A DNA stretch of 64,000 bases from an uncultured Veillonella sp. (GCA_915066865.1 CAJZEE010000001.1:835-64834); one strand, 5' to 3'. Positions 19,749 through 29,689 are shown, counted from the stretch's first letter. Numbers and translations: made by a program. Notes: a model not told the origin generated them from the letters alone.

Positions 19749-19805
19749 GTATGTTGTGGGTATTAAAAAATTAATTTGATGACAGCATATAACTGCTAAA
19801 TTTTA

Positions 19806-19834
19806 ATTGACACAAACCTATAAAATCTGTATAC
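19806..19834 (+). promoter_or_regulatory. Sigma-70 promoter of the rplM-rpsI operon
   Basis: TTGACA - 17 nt - TATACT. It is followed by an about 95-nt leader that may correspond to the L13 ribosomal-protein leader structure. Confidence 0.6.
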
Positions 19835-19931
19835 TATTTTGAGTAAGCTTTAGTCGTGTTTCCATTAGCCCCGGAAGCAAAGGACAAGCTGATTTTGGTA
19901 GAATTATGACGTTATTAGGAGGATATGCAGC

Positions 19932-20372
19932 ATGAAAACTACATATATGGCCAATCCGAACACAATTGAACGGAAATGGTATGTTGTTGACGCTGAAGGT
20001 AAAACTTTAGGACGCCTTGCTGCCGAAGTTGCAAAAGTTCTTCGGGGCAAAAATAAACCAACTTTCACACCACACGTAGATACTGGTGACCATGTGATCG
20101 TTGTAAACGCAGAAAAAATTCGCGTAACTGGTAAAAAATTGGAACAAAAGGAATACTTCCGTCACTCTGGTTACCCAGGTGGTTCCCGTTTCACTAAATT
20201 GTCCATGATGCTTGAAAAACAACCTGAACGTGTTGTTGAAATGGCAGTTCGTGGCATGCTTCCAAAAAACAAATTGGGTGCACAACAATACCGTAAATTA
20301 AACGTATACGCTGGTCCTGAGCATCCACATGCAGCTCAAAAACCAGAAGTGTTAGAAATTTCCGTACGATAA
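19932..20372 (+). CDS. rplM: 50S ribosomal protein L13
   Basis: 146 aa. [19 protein letters not shown]-terminal motif typical of L13. Confidence 0.9.
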   Translation: MKTTYMANPNTIERKWYVVDAEGKTLGRLAAEVAKVLRGKNKPTFTPHVDTGDHVIVVNAEKIRVTGKKLEQKEYFRHSGYPGGSRFTKLSMMLEKQPERVVEMAVRGMLPKNKLGAQQYRKLNVYAGPEHPHAAQKPEVLEISVR

Positions 20373-20392
20373 TCTAGAGGGAGGAATATATA

Positions 20393-20785
20393 ATGGCAGT
20401 AGCACAATATTACGGCACTGGTCGTAGAAAATCTTCCGTTGCTAGAGTTCGTCTGGTACCGGGCACAGGTAAAATCACTGTTAACAAACGTGAACTTAAT
20501 GATTATTTCGGTCGCCAAACTTTGGAATTGATCGTAAAACAACCTTTGAACTTGACTAATACAGTTGAACAATACGATGTTATCGCAACTGTAGCTGGTG
20601 GCGGTCCTTCCGGTCAAGCTGGTGCAATTCGTCACGGTATCTCCCGTGCGTTATTGGACGTAGATGGCGAACTTCGTCAATCTTTGAAAAAAGCTGGCTT
20701 CTTGACTCGTGACCCACGTATGAAAGAACGTAAAAAATACGGTCTTAAAAAAGCCCGCAAAGCAAGCCAATTCTCCAAACGTTAA
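20393..20785 (+). CDS. rpsI: 30S ribosomal protein S9
   Basis: 130 aa. [16 protein letters not shown] and C-terminal [17 protein letters not shown] typical of S9. Confidence 0.9.
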   Translation: MAVAQYYGTGRRKSSVARVRLVPGTGKITVNKRELNDYFGRQTLELIVKQPLNLTNTVEQYDVIATVAGGGPSGQAGAIRHGISRALLDVDGELRQSLKKAGFLTRDPRMKERKKYGLKKARKASQFSKR

Positions 20786-20806
20786 TATTTGGAATACAGG
20801 ATATTA

Positions 20807-20837
20807 CACCTGCAGACAATGTCTGCAGGTGTTTTTG
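20807..20837 (+). terminator. Intrinsic terminator after rpsI
   Basis: cacctgcagac-aat-gtctgcaggtg followed by TTTTT. Confidence 0.8.
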
Positions 20838-20889
20838 TGTTTTATTTATGGTATAGTTAAAATATATTTTGTTTGTTAAGGGGGATATT

Positions 20890-21858
20890 ATGGGAAACAA
20901 TATCATATATAAAAAGGATTATGTTACGAGATTTAATTTAAAAACAGATACAAAGTTCCGATCTGAGTTAGTAGATTTATGTTTAAATGGTGAAATGAAA
21001 ATTTCTAATATAAAGCAATGTTTAGCTATAGGTTGGAGTTGTGTTGATTTTGAATCTGATGACTACTCTGCGTTTTATGATACCGTAGTAGAGTATGTAC
21101 ATGGACAAAAGCGACGATTAAATCCTGCTTTAAATATTTTTAAGTCGGCCCGTGAAAATGATCTGTTTTGGACGAGAGATCTAAATGGTGTGTATTGGAT
21201 TTGTCGAGTCAAAAATCCTGCTATGGCCTATTTAAATAAAGAGTTAGATATAGGTGCGATTTTGCCTGTTGAAGCTTATAAATTCGGACTTGAAGTACCT
21301 GGTCAGATAAAAGCGTCTTTTAATAGACCTCATGGTGGTATTACTGAAAAGATAAAAAGCATCAATATTATTGAATATTCTAAGTTTGTGTTTAATAAAT
21401 TATCTGGTGAAGATTACTATGACGTTAATTTAAATATAACTGATAACGTAATAGCAAACTTACCAGATTTTGAATTGGAAGAGTTAGTAATTTCTTATCT
21501 TCAAATTGTTAAAGGGTATTATCTTCTTTCGAACTCTATTGCTAATAAATCAACGACTGTAAAAATTGAATGTCAATTGATCTCCCGTGATGTAAATAAT
21601 GTTAAAAAGGCTGTAGTACAAGTTAAAGGTCCGAAAGCGCAAGTTTTAGATGCTCTTGATTTTAAAGATTATGAAGACAAAGGCTATTATATCTACTTAT
21701 ATGCACCTTATATTGATAATTTAGAAAAAATGAAGAATGTAATTCGTATTTCGGATGAAGAGCTATATACATTCTATACGGAATATAAAACTATTTTGCC
21801 AGAATCTATTACTCTATTTGAAAATCTATTTAATATTGTGTTTAGTGAAAAGAAGTAA
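20890..21858 (+). CDS. Hypothetical protein with C-terminal Mrr-like (restriction endonuclease-like, PD-(D/E)xK QxK-variant) domain; candidate standalone defense nuclease
   Basis: About 322 aa from the ATG at 20890 (RBS aaggggga). AT-rich codon usage compared with neighbours. C-terminal segment FELEELVISYLQIVKGYY...TTVKIECQLIS...AVVQVKGPK follows the Mrr_cat pattern (FExLV..LL..GY / GDGGIDLIA / VQCK). N-terminal about 200 aa has no recognisable family. Confidence 0.45.
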   Translation: MGNNIIYKKDYVTRFNLKTDTKFRSELVDLCLNGEMKISNIKQCLAIGWSCVDFESDDYSAFYDTVVEYVHGQKRRLNPALNIFKSARENDLFWTRDLNGVYWICRVKNPAMAYLNKELDIGAILPVEAYKFGLEVPGQIKASFNRPHGGITEKIKSINIIEYSKFVFNKLSGEDYYDVNLNITDNVIANLPDFELEELVISYLQIVKGYYLLSNSIANKSTTVKIECQLISRDVNNVKKAVVQVKGPKAQVLDALDFKDYEDKGYYIYLYAPYIDNLEKMKNVIRISDEELYTFYTEYKTILPESITLFENLFNIVFSEKK

Positions 21859-21865
21859 TTTCACA

Positions 21866-21894
21866 TTTACATCCCCATCTAATTTTCCTATAAT
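21866..21894 (+). promoter_or_regulatory. Sigma-70 promoter of the enoyl-CoA hydratase gene
   Basis: TTTACA - 17 nt - TATAAT immediately downstream of the islet gene stop. Confidence 0.55.
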
Positions 21895-21948
21895 AAAGAT
21901 ATATAATCGAATTTTTTCGAAAATGGATTTTCATATAGGAGAACTCAT

Positions 21949-22740
21949 ATGATTTATAATACAATTCAGTACGTAGTGGACAACGGCATTGGTACGTTGA
22001 CGTTTAATCGTCCAACTGTGGCGAATGGTTTTAATATCGAGATGTGCAAGGAGATCCTTGAGGTCTTAGATAAAGCTCATAATGATGAAAGTGTTCGTGC
22101 ATTGCTTATCAATGCAGAGGGAAAGGTGTTCTCTGCGGGTGGCGATTTAACAGAGATGGAGCGCGCTGTAAACGAAGGGGATACTGAGTCTTTATTTGAA
22201 ATCGTTGAGCTAGTAGCTGAGATTTCTATGGCCATGAAGAAGTTACCAAAACCTGTTATCATGAGCCTTCAAGGGGCTGCGGCAGGTGCTGCCTTCAATA
22301 TGGCTTTGGCGGCGGACTTTGTTGTAGCTGCTAATAACGTACGCTTTATTCAAGCCTTCGTAAATGTAGGTCTTGCTCCTGATGCAGGCGGTTTATTCTT
22401 ATTAACTCGCTCCATTGGCATGAACCGTGCTATGCATATTGTTATGACCGGTGAAGCCGTATCTGCTGAAAAGGGTAAGGAACTTGGCTTTGTGTATAAG
22501 GTTTGTGAATTAGAAGATTTAGAGACTGCTACAAGACGCCTTGTTGAGAAGTTGGCAAAAGGGCCTGCACAATCTTACCGCGTTATGAAGGAAATGATGT
22601 GGAATAGCTTCTTAGCGGGTTGGGAAGAGTACAAGAAGTTTGAGGTAGAAAACCAATGTAAATTAGGCCTTTCAGAGGACTTCAAAGAAGGCGTACGTGC
22701 TTTCACAGAGCGTCGCCGTCCTAAATTTGGTCAACAATAA
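21949..22740 (+). CDS. Enoyl-CoA hydratase/isomerase (crotonase) family protein
   Basis: 263 aa. FSAGGDL oxyanion-hole motif and general crotonase fold signature. Confidence 0.8.
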   Translation: MIYNTIQYVVDNGIGTLTFNRPTVANGFNIEMCKEILEVLDKAHNDESVRALLINAEGKVFSAGGDLTEMERAVNEGDTESLFEIVELVAEISMAMKKLPKPVIMSLQGAAAGAAFNMALAADFVVAANNVRFIQAFVNVGLAPDAGGLFLLTRSIGMNRAMHIVMTGEAVSAEKGKELGFVYKVCELEDLETATRRLVEKLAKGPAQSYRVMKEMMWNSFLAGWEEYKKFEVENQCKLGLSEDFKEGVRAFTERRRPKFGQQ

Positions 22741-22910
22741 TATTGATTTATGAATATACGGAATGGAATTTCCTGTAATTCATAAGAAAATACAAATATA
22801 ATTAGAACCGATGTGGCTCCAACTATTGAGTTACATCGGTTTTGCTTTCATTACACAGAAAAAGTGTATATAATAGAACTATTGAAATAGTTTTAGGAGG
22901 TCATTATTAC

Positions 22911-23666
22911 ATGGCTCAAGATACAATTAAATGTTATGACAGCCCTAGCGATGTAGTTCAAGCATTGGCAGAGGATTTTATTGTTTTCACCAACGAGGAA
23001 ATCAATCGCACTGAAACGTGTGTTGTTGGTATTACGGGCGGGACTGTTATTAATGGTTTATTAGAATTGCTTAATTCCCCAGAATATATTGAACGCCTCA
23101 ATTGGGAACGCATATTCTTTGTGTGGACTGATGAGCGATTCTTGCCGCAATCTCATGAGGATAATTACTTCAATCGCGTGAAACCTTACTTGTTGTGTAA
23201 GGCGAAAGGGGCGGCTCATTTTTTGCCAATCAATACAGATTCTAAAACTGTAATAGAAGCGGCAGCGGAATACGAGAAAGAGGTTAAGAATGTTCTCAAG
23301 GCTTGTAAAAAAAGTGGACTAGATTTGGCATTGCTCGATCTTGGTGAAGATGGTCATACAGCCGGCCTATTTGCAGGTTCTCATGCATTGCGTGTCACAG
23401 ATCAAGACGTGGTAGCCGTTGAGGATGGAAAGGTATGGGAACGTATTTCTATGACCTTTTCGTTCTTAGCAAAATCTGATGCGGTTTGGTTTACCGTAAC
23501 TGGTGAAAGTAAGCGAACTGCTTTGACAAAGGTATTGTATCAACGCGAAGATTACGAGGATTTACCTTGGGAAAAACGCATTGGTCGTGTATTGCCTGGA
23601 GCGGTGCTTTCACAAGAAGCTATGATCTGGTATGTGGACAAGGCAGCCTATGATGATGTACACTAA
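22911..23666 (+). CDS. pgl: 6-phosphogluconolactonase / glucosamine-6-phosphate deaminase family protein (likely Pgl)
   Basis: GEDGHTAGLF motif and WTDERF motif typical of the Pgl/NagB fold. Start chosen at MAQD after RBS ggagg (track ORF begins 22842). Confidence 0.6.
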   Translation: MAQDTIKCYDSPSDVVQALAEDFIVFTNEEINRTETCVVGITGGTVINGLLELLNSPEYIERLNWERIFFVWTDERFLPQSHEDNYFNRVKPYLLCKAKGAAHFLPINTDSKTVIEAAAEYEKEVKNVLKACKKSGLDLALLDLGEDGHTAGLFAGSHALRVTDQDVVAVEDGKVWERISMTFSFLAKSDAVWFTVTGESKRTALTKVLYQREDYEDLPWEKRIGRVLPGAVLSQEAMIWYVDKAAYDDVH

Positions 23667-23702
23667 AGAGTATAAGTAGTAGTATTAATAAAGGAGATAC
23701 AT

Positions 23703-23945
23703 ATGGGGTCTATAGGAACACCTGAATTAATAGTTATATTAGTGATTGCTCTAGTTATCTTCGGACCTGGTAAATTGCCTGAAGTCGGTAAAGCTATTGG
23801 TAAAGGCATCAATGAGTTTAAAGATGCTATTTCGGGGCCTAAAAAGGCTGTTGATGAAACGAAAGAAGCCGTTAAGAAAGCGACTACTATCGACGTAACA
23901 GCAGGGGCTAAGAACGACGATAAACATAAAGAAGCTAAGGATTAA
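23703..23945 (+). CDS. tatA: Twin-arginine translocase subunit TatA/E
   Basis: 80 aa. N-terminal TM helix then the [21 protein letters not shown] amphipathic motif. Confidence 0.85.
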   Translation: MGSIGTPELIVILVIALVIFGPGKLPEVGKAIGKGINEFKDAISGPKKAVDETKEAVKKATTIDVTAGAKNDDKHKEAKD

Positions 23946-23959
23946 TAGGAGGTAACACT

Positions 23960-24268
23960 ATGTGCAAAGATTGTGGTTGTGGCGAAGATAATGGCGTTGT
24001 AACAAAGGTATTTACCGTTCCGGGGATGATGTGTAATAACTGTAAAGAAACAGTTGAAGGTGCATCTCTAGGTTTACCTGGAGTATTAAGTGCAGAAGTA
24101 GATTTGCCAGAAAAGACGGCTACCGTTTCTTTTGATCCAACAAAAGCATCTGTAGAAGTTATTACAAAAGCCATTGAACGAACTGGCTTTGAAGTGGCAG
24201 GCGTTACAGACGGTGTACAAAAACATAGTCATGGATTACTAGGCACTTTGAAACGTCTCTTCAAATAA
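23960..24268 (+). CDS. Heavy-metal-associated (HMA) domain copper chaperone-like protein with Cys-rich N-terminal extension
   Basis: 102 aa. GMMCNNC metal-binding motif. N-terminal MCKDCGCGEDNG. Confidence 0.7.
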   Translation: MCKDCGCGEDNGVVTKVFTVPGMMCNNCKETVEGASLGLPGVLSAEVDLPEKTATVSFDPTKASVEVITKAIERTGFEVAGVTDGVQKHSHGLLGTLKRLFK

Positions 24269-24336
24269 TCGAACCGATGGAGCTGTATTGAAACCTTGTT
24301 TCGATGCAGCCCTTTTTTGTTTAAAGAGGTAATACG

Positions 24337-24780
24337 ATGATACGTAAGTTTGATGCTAAAAATTTTAAGTGGGATGGTATTGAAACCTTGGTTTATAAAC
24401 AAGATGGTAGTCCTTTTAAAGATGTAACACGTCAAGTATTATACGATGGTGCTTATGATATTCCCTGTCAATTCCGCTATTTTGAATGTTTGCCAGGGGG
24501 ATATTCTACCTTAGAGTATCACGATCATACTCATATGGTTATGATATTCCGCGGCAAAGGGCAAGTCTTATTGGGTGATGAAATCCACGATGTAGAAGCT
24601 GGTGACTTTATCGAAATTCCAGGCAAAACAATTCATCAATTCCGTGCTAATAAGGGTGATTATATTGGTTTTCTTTGTTTGGTAAATCAAGACCGGGATA
24701 AGGTGAAATTATTATCCCCTGAAGAGATGGAAATGTTACGAGCAAATCCTAAAATCAAAGAATTCTTGGAAAGTTGTTGA
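24337..24780 (+). CDS. Cupin domain protein
   Basis: 147 aa. HDHTH...G...H metal-binding pattern of cupins. Confidence 0.6.
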   Translation: MIRKFDAKNFKWDGIETLVYKQDGSPFKDVTRQVLYDGAYDIPCQFRYFECLPGGYSTLEYHDHTHMVMIFRGKGQVLLGDEIHDVEAGDFIEIPGKTIHQFRANKGDYIGFLCLVNQDRDKVKLLSPEEMEMLRANPKIKEFLESC

Positions 24781-24796
24781 GTCTGGTGGAGGTTCT

Positions 24797-26200
24797 ATGA
24801 ATACTTTTACACGAGCGGCCCTTACCGTTTTAGTGGGCCTCGTCATTTGGTTTTTACCTCATACAGAGGCAATCAAGCCTGAAGGTTGGCATTTATTAGC
24901 TATCTTTACGGCTACTATTGTGGGTTTTATCTTGCGACCTTGGCCAACGGGCATTATGGCGCTTTTTGGTATTGTTGTAGCCGTAGCCACTAATTCCATC
25001 ACTATGGTACAGGCTCTAGGTGGCTATGCAGAGGCGAATGTGTGGCTTATCGTAGCGGCCGTATTCTTTTCACGAGGTATTATTAATTCTGGCCTTGGTA
25101 AGCGTATTGCGTACACCTTGATTCGCTCTTTTGGCACAAGCTCATTAAAGCTTGCCTATGCGTTGGCTTGTACGGACTTGATTATTTCTCCAGCTACACC
25201 ATCTAATACGGCGCGTGGAGGTGGTATTGTATTCCCCATTGTACAAAATATTTCCTTAGCTTTTGGTTCTGAACCTTATGGTAATACGGCCCGCCGCATT
25301 GGGGCGTACTTGATGACGACGGCACATACTATTAACACTATTACTGTGACGATTTTCTTGACCGCATGTAGCGGTAATTTGCTTATTACGTCTTTAGGTG
25401 CTAAACTGTTTGGCTATGATATATCTTGGTGGGAATGGTTTCAAGCAGGTGTCATTCCTGGTGTGATTTGTATGATTTTGATGCCTTGGTTTATCTATAA
25501 AATCTATCCACCAGAAATTAAGGAAACACCAGAGGCTGCTGCAATGGCTCAAAAAGAACTAGAGGCTCTTGGACCTATTACGAAGGCTGAAATTTCTGTT
25601 GCTATTATCTTTGTACTTTGCATTTTGCTTTGGGCGACAGCGATTTGGACTAAGCTTCATCCTACAGCTGTTGCGATGATGGGGGTTCTGGCGTGTGTTG
25701 TGACTGGCTCTCTTAGGTGGGAGGATATCTTGGGTGAACGCACCGGTTGGGATATCCTTATCTGGATGGGCACGCTTGTCGGCATGGCTGGACTTCTTGG
25801 TAAACTTGGTGTAGTAGCTGTGTTTGCAGACTTTATAAGTCAACATTTAGCTGGCTTCGATTGGTTCTGGGCATCCTTTATCATTTCCGCTACCTTTGTG
25901 TATTCTCAGTATTTCTTTGCCAGTGGTACGGCGCGTATTACGGCTCTGTTCTCTGCCTTTGCAGCTATTTTAGTGGCGATGGGGGCTCCTATTCCGTTTA
26001 CAATATTGCTCTTTGGTTTGATGAACAGCCCTGGCTGTACATTGACTCACTATAGTTCAGGTGTAACACCGATTTTCTTCGGTGCTGGTTATGTGCCACA
26101 AGGTACGTGGTGGCGCGTAGGCCTTGCCATTTCTGTGGTAAGTTTCCTCATTCATTTCTGGGGCGGCACTTTTGGCATGTGGCTCTTTGGTATTTTATAA
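24797..26200 (+). CDS. DASS (divalent anion:Na+ symporter / SLC13-like) family di/tricarboxylate transporter
   Basis: 467 aa, polytopic. ISPATPSNTARGGG hairpin-tip motif (SNT) typical of DASS/ArsB-NhaD superfamily carboxylate transporters. Paralog at 59879. Confidence 0.75.
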   Translation: MNTFTRAALTVLVGLVIWFLPHTEAIKPEGWHLLAIFTATIVGFILRPWPTGIMALFGIVVAVATNSITMVQALGGYAEANVWLIVAAVFFSRGIINSGLGKRIAYTLIRSFGTSSLKLAYALACTDLIISPATPSNTARGGGIVFPIVQNISLAFGSEPYGNTARRIGAYLMTTAHTINTITVTIFLTACSGNLLITSLGAKLFGYDISWWEWFQAGVIPGVICMILMPWFIYKIYPPEIKETPEAAAMAQKELEALGPITKAEISVAIIFVLCILLWATAIWTKLHPTAVAMMGVLACVVTGSLRWEDILGERTGWDILIWMGTLVGMAGLLGKLGVVAVFADFISQHLAGFDWFWASFIISATFVYSQYFFASGTARITALFSAFAAILVAMGAPIPFTILLFGLMNSPGCTLTHYSSGVTPIFFGAGYVPQGTWWRVGLAISVVSFLIHFWGGTFGMWLFGIL

Positions 26201-26208
26201 TATATTCA

Positions 26209-26236
26209 ATCCCTCACTACGATGAGGGATTTTTCT
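26209..26236 (+). terminator. Intrinsic terminator after the DASS transporter gene
   Basis: atccctca-ctacga-tgagggat followed by TTTT. Confidence 0.6.
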
Positions 26237-26411
26237 TGTTATATCTATATTTTTATACCTTACTAGGTTTGCTATAGTTTTTGGGTATGGTGAACTTCAT
26301 AAAAAAACTATGATGAATCTATAGAATTTATTGTGAATTATCTTGCGCGGGATAATATAACGTGTTATTATTATTCCGTGATTATTATTACAGAATATTT
26401 TAGGAGGAAAC

Positions 26412-26543
26412 ATGTTAGGTTTAGTCATTAGCTTATTGATTATTGCGCTAGTCGTGATTATTAATGACATTCGAATTATGAACAACAACTTAACACGTTT
26501 TTGTCTTAGAAGTTCCGCGAATGGTTTAATATACAATCAATAA
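26412..26543 (+). CDS. ilv operon leader peptide (branched-chain amino acid rich), attenuation control
   Basis: 43-aa ORF MLGLVISLLIIALVVIINDIRIMNNNLTRFCLRSSANGLIYNQ after RBS aggagg. 16 of the first 17 residues are Leu/Ile/Val/Ala/Gly/Ser, with runs of consecutive Leu/Ile/Val codons. Followed by an intrinsic terminator just upstream of ilvD. Confidence 0.65.
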   Translation: MLGLVISLLIIALVVIINDIRIMNNNLTRFCLRSSANGLIYNQ

Positions 26544-26652
26544 GATTTGACTATATGGTTTGTTTCTTATGTGTATATTTTCCAAGGGATACATAGGATT
26601 ATTTATGTATATAGGAATTCTGTAAACAAAAGGAATATCATTTGTAAACTTT

Positions 26653-26681
26653 TAAGACGATTCATTGGAATCGTCTTTTTT
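26653..26681 (+). terminator. Attenuator terminator of the ilv operon leader
   Basis: Perfect 10-bp stem aagacgattc-attg-gaatcgtctt followed by TTTTTTT, ending about 50 nt before the ilvD RBS. Confidence 0.75.
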
Positions 26682-26734
26682 TATGCGTCGTGAAAGCTGT
26701 CCAAGTGGATGCTTTCAAAAGTGAGGAGATTAAC

Positions 26735-28405
26735 ATGAGTTGTAGAAGTGACAATTTGAAAACAGGCGTAGCACGTGCACCACACAGATCTTTATTAAAA
26801 GCTCTGGGTTTTGTTGATGAAGAAATGGGTAGACCAGTCATCGGTATTGCCAACTCTTTCAATGAAATTATCCCTGGTCACGTAGGCTTGAAAAATATTG
26901 TACAAGCCGTAAAAGACGGTATCCGCAACGCAGGTGGTGTGCCAATCGAGTTCAATACTATCGGTATTTGCGATGGTTTGGCAATGAACCATATCGGCAT
27001 GAAATACTCCTTAGTTACACGTAATATTATTGCAGATTCTATCGAAGCTACTGCTATGGCTACACCATTCGATGCGATGGTATTCATTCCAAATTGCGAT
27101 AAGGTAGTACCAGGCATGTTGATTGCAGCTGCTCGCCTTAATATCCCATCTGTATTCATATCTGGTGGGGCCATGCTAGCTGGTGTACATAAAGGTAAAA
27201 AAATTGGTTTGTCCGACGTATTCGAAGCCGTAGGCAAACATCAAACTGGTGAAATGGATGATGCTGAGTTAGCTGATATCGAAAATACGGCATGTCCTAC
27301 ATGTGGTTCTTGCTCTGGTATGTATACGGCAAATACAATGAACTGCTTAACAGAAGCTCTCGGTATGGGCCTTCCTGGCAATGGTACAATCCCAGCGGTA
27401 TATTCTGAACGTTTGCGTTTAGCTAAGTTAGCTGGTATGCAAGCGGTAGAGGTATTAAAAGCAAACCTTCGCCCTAAAGATATTATGACTCGTGAAGCCT
27501 TTGAAAATGCGGTAGCTCTTGATATGGCTTTGGGTGGCTCCTCTAATACGGCGCTTCATTTACCGGCTATTGCTCACGAAGCAGGTGTACCACTATCCTT
27601 AGACGATTTCGATCGCATCGCCCAAAATACACCTCAATTATCTAAATTATCACCATCTGGTGTATACTTCATCGAAGACTTGTACGCTGCAGGTGGTGTA
27701 TCTGCGGTGTTGAAACGTTTAGCAGAAAATGGTCGCCTTCATACAGATTGCAAAACTGTTGCTCTTAAAACACAAGGTGAAATTGCAGCGGCAGCTCATG
27801 TTGTGGATGAAGATGTTATTCACCCATGGGATAATCCAGTACATGAAACTGGTGGTATCGCGGTTCTTAAAGGCAATCTCGCTGAAGATGGCTCCGTTGT
27901 AAAAGCCGGTGCTGTAGATGCAGATATGCTTGTTCACTCTGGTCCAGCAAAGGTATTCAACAGCGAAGAAGAAGCGGTTGAAGCTATTACAGGCGGTAAA
28001 ATCGTGAAAGGTGATGTTGTAGTTATCCGCTACGAAGGCCCTAAAGGCGGTCCTGGTATGCGTGAAATGTTGACACCAACATCTATGATTGCCGGTATGG
28101 GGCTCGATAAAGATGTAGCATTGTTGACAGATGGACGCTTCTCCGGTGCGACTCGTGGTGCTTCTATCGGTCACGTATCTCCAGAAGCAGCAGCAGGCGG
28201 TACCATTGCCATCGTTGAAGATGGTGATATTATCAACATCGATATTCCAAACGGTAAATTGGAACTAGCTGTATCTGATGATGAAATCACTCGTCGTAAA
28301 GCTGCATTGAAACCGTTCAAATCCAATGTAACTGGATATCTTAAAAAATACGCTCTTCACGTATCCTCTGCTGCACAAGGTGCTATCGAAGTATTTGAAG
28401 ACTAA
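26735..28405 (+). CDS. ilvD: Dihydroxy-acid dehydratase
   Basis: About 556 aa from [21 protein letters not shown] (RBS gaggag). [16 protein letters not shown]e-S cysteine motif. Track ORF starts at an upstream GTG at 26690. Confidence 0.9.
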   Translation: MSCRSDNLKTGVARAPHRSLLKALGFVDEEMGRPVIGIANSFNEIIPGHVGLKNIVQAVKDGIRNAGGVPIEFNTIGICDGLAMNHIGMKYSLVTRNIIADSIEATAMATPFDAMVFIPNCDKVVPGMLIAAARLNIPSVFISGGAMLAGVHKGKKIGLSDVFEAVGKHQTGEMDDAELADIENTACPTCGSCSGMYTANTMNCLTEALGMGLPGNGTIPAVYSERLRLAKLAGMQAVEVLKANLRPKDIMTREAFENAVALDMALGGSSNTALHLPAIAHEAGVPLSLDDFDRIAQNTPQLSKLSPSGVYFIEDLYAAGGVSAVLKRLAENGRLHTDCKTVALKTQGEIAAAAHVVDEDVIHPWDNPVHETGGIAVLKGNLAEDGSVVKAGAVDADMLVHSGPAKVFNSEEEAVEAITGGKIVKGDVVVIRYEGPKGGPGMREMLTPTSMIAGMGLDKDVALLTDGRFSGATRGASIGHVSPEAAAGGTIAIVEDGDIINIDIPNGKLELAVSDDEITRRKAALKPFKSNVTGYLKKYALHVSSAAQGAIEVFED

Positions 28406-28447
28406 TACTAGACTTTCATTTAATACTAACTAGAGGAGATAGTGTAC

Positions 28448-29671
28448 ATGCACAAATTATATGATTTTATGGAGGCTCGAGAGCGATTAAGCACAATCAC
28501 GGTGAAAACGAAATTGCTTCACAGCGATGTGTTTTCTGACGAGTGCGAAAATGATGTATATATCAAGCCAGAAAACTTGCAAATAACAGGCTCTTTTAAG
28601 GTTCGTGGAGCTTATAATAAAATTGCAAAGCTGACAGAAGAGGAAAAGGCGCGCGGTGTTATCGCTGCGTCTGCTGGTAATCATGCACAAGGCGTGGCCC
28701 TTGCTGCGAAACGCCTTGGCATTAAAGCGACTATTGTTATGCCGAAACACACGCCTCTTATAAAGGTTAATGCAACAAAACAGTACGGCGCAGATGTCGT
28801 ATTACATGGTGAAATCTATGATGAAGCTTGCCAAAAAGCGATGGAACTCCAACAAGAACATGGTTATGTGTTCGTCCATCCCTTCGATGATGAAGATGTA
28901 ATTGAAGGGCAAGGGACAATTGCTCTCGAGGTTCTCGATGAACTTCCTGATGCAGATGTATTGCTTGTTCCTGTTGGGGGCGGTGGTATCGTATCTGGTA
29001 TTGCGGCAGCGGCAAAGTTAAAAAATCCGCGCGTTAAGATTATCGGTGTAGAGCCTGAAGGTGCCGCAAGTGCAATCGCTGCATTAAAGGCTGATCATCC
29101 GGTACCACTCGATGAAGTGGCGACGATTGCAGATGGTACGGCAGTACGTCAAATTGGGGAAACTACATTAGAATATATCAAACAATATGTAGATGAAATT
29201 ATTACCGTTTCTGATTATGAATTGATGGAAGCATTTTTATTACTTGTTGAAAAACATAAGTTAGTAGCAGAAAATTCCGGTATTTTGCCACTCGCTGGTC
29301 TTAAGAAATTAGAGTGCCGCGATAAAAAGGTGGTAGCTATCGTCAGCGGTGGTAATATCGACGTACTTACTATATCGTCCATGATTAATAAAGGTCTCGT
29401 ATTGCGTGGTCGTATCTTTACCTTCTCCGTTAATCTTCCTGATAAACCAGGCCAGTTAGTGGCTGTATCTCAAATGTTAGCCGATGCAGATGCAAATGTT
29501 ATTAAACTTGACCATAATCAGTTCAAAAACCTTGACCGTTTCCATGAAGTGGAATTGCAAGTAACGGTAGAAACAAATGGTGAAGAGCATATCCAACACA
29601 TTATTGATACTTTCAAACATAATGGTTACATTATTAAACGATTAAATTCCAGCGAGATTTTATCTGAATAG
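28448..29671 (+). CDS. ilvA: Threonine dehydratase (threonine ammonia-lyase) with C-terminal ACT-like regulatory domain
   Basis: About 407 aa. PLP-binding Lys in ITGSFKVRGAYNK. SAGNHAQGVALAA and GGGG(I)VSG motifs. Confidence 0.85.
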   Translation: MHKLYDFMEARERLSTITVKTKLLHSDVFSDECENDVYIKPENLQITGSFKVRGAYNKIAKLTEEEKARGVIAASAGNHAQGVALAAKRLGIKATIVMPKHTPLIKVNATKQYGADVVLHGEIYDEACQKAMELQQEHGYVFVHPFDDEDVIEGQGTIALEVLDELPDADVLLVPVGGGGIVSGIAAAAKLKNPRVKIIGVEPEGAASAIAALKADHPVPLDEVATIADGTAVRQIGETTLEYIKQYVDEIITVSDYELMEAFLLLVEKHKLVAENSGILPLAGLKKLECRDKKVVAIVSGGNIDVLTISSMINKGLVLRGRIFTFSVNLPDKPGQLVAVSQMLADADANVIKLDHNQFKNLDRFHEVELQVTVETNGEEHIQHIIDTFKHNGYIIKRLNSSEILSE

Positions 29672-29689
29672 CTGGTTGAAAGGGTTCCT

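Noticed and set aside
19291-20635. Minus-strand ORFs antisense to rpsD, rplM and rpsI
   Set aside because: Shadow ORFs inside highly conserved ribosomal protein genes.
26297-26536. 79-aa minus-strand ORF
   Set aside because: Antisense to the ilv leader peptide and promoter region. Low-complexity Ile/Lys-rich translation typical of AT-rich noncoding DNA.
26201-26700. Possible T-box riboswitch upstream of the ilv operon
   Set aside because: No T-box consensus (AGGGUGGNACCGCG) or specifier-loop architecture is visible. A leader peptide plus terminator explains the region better.
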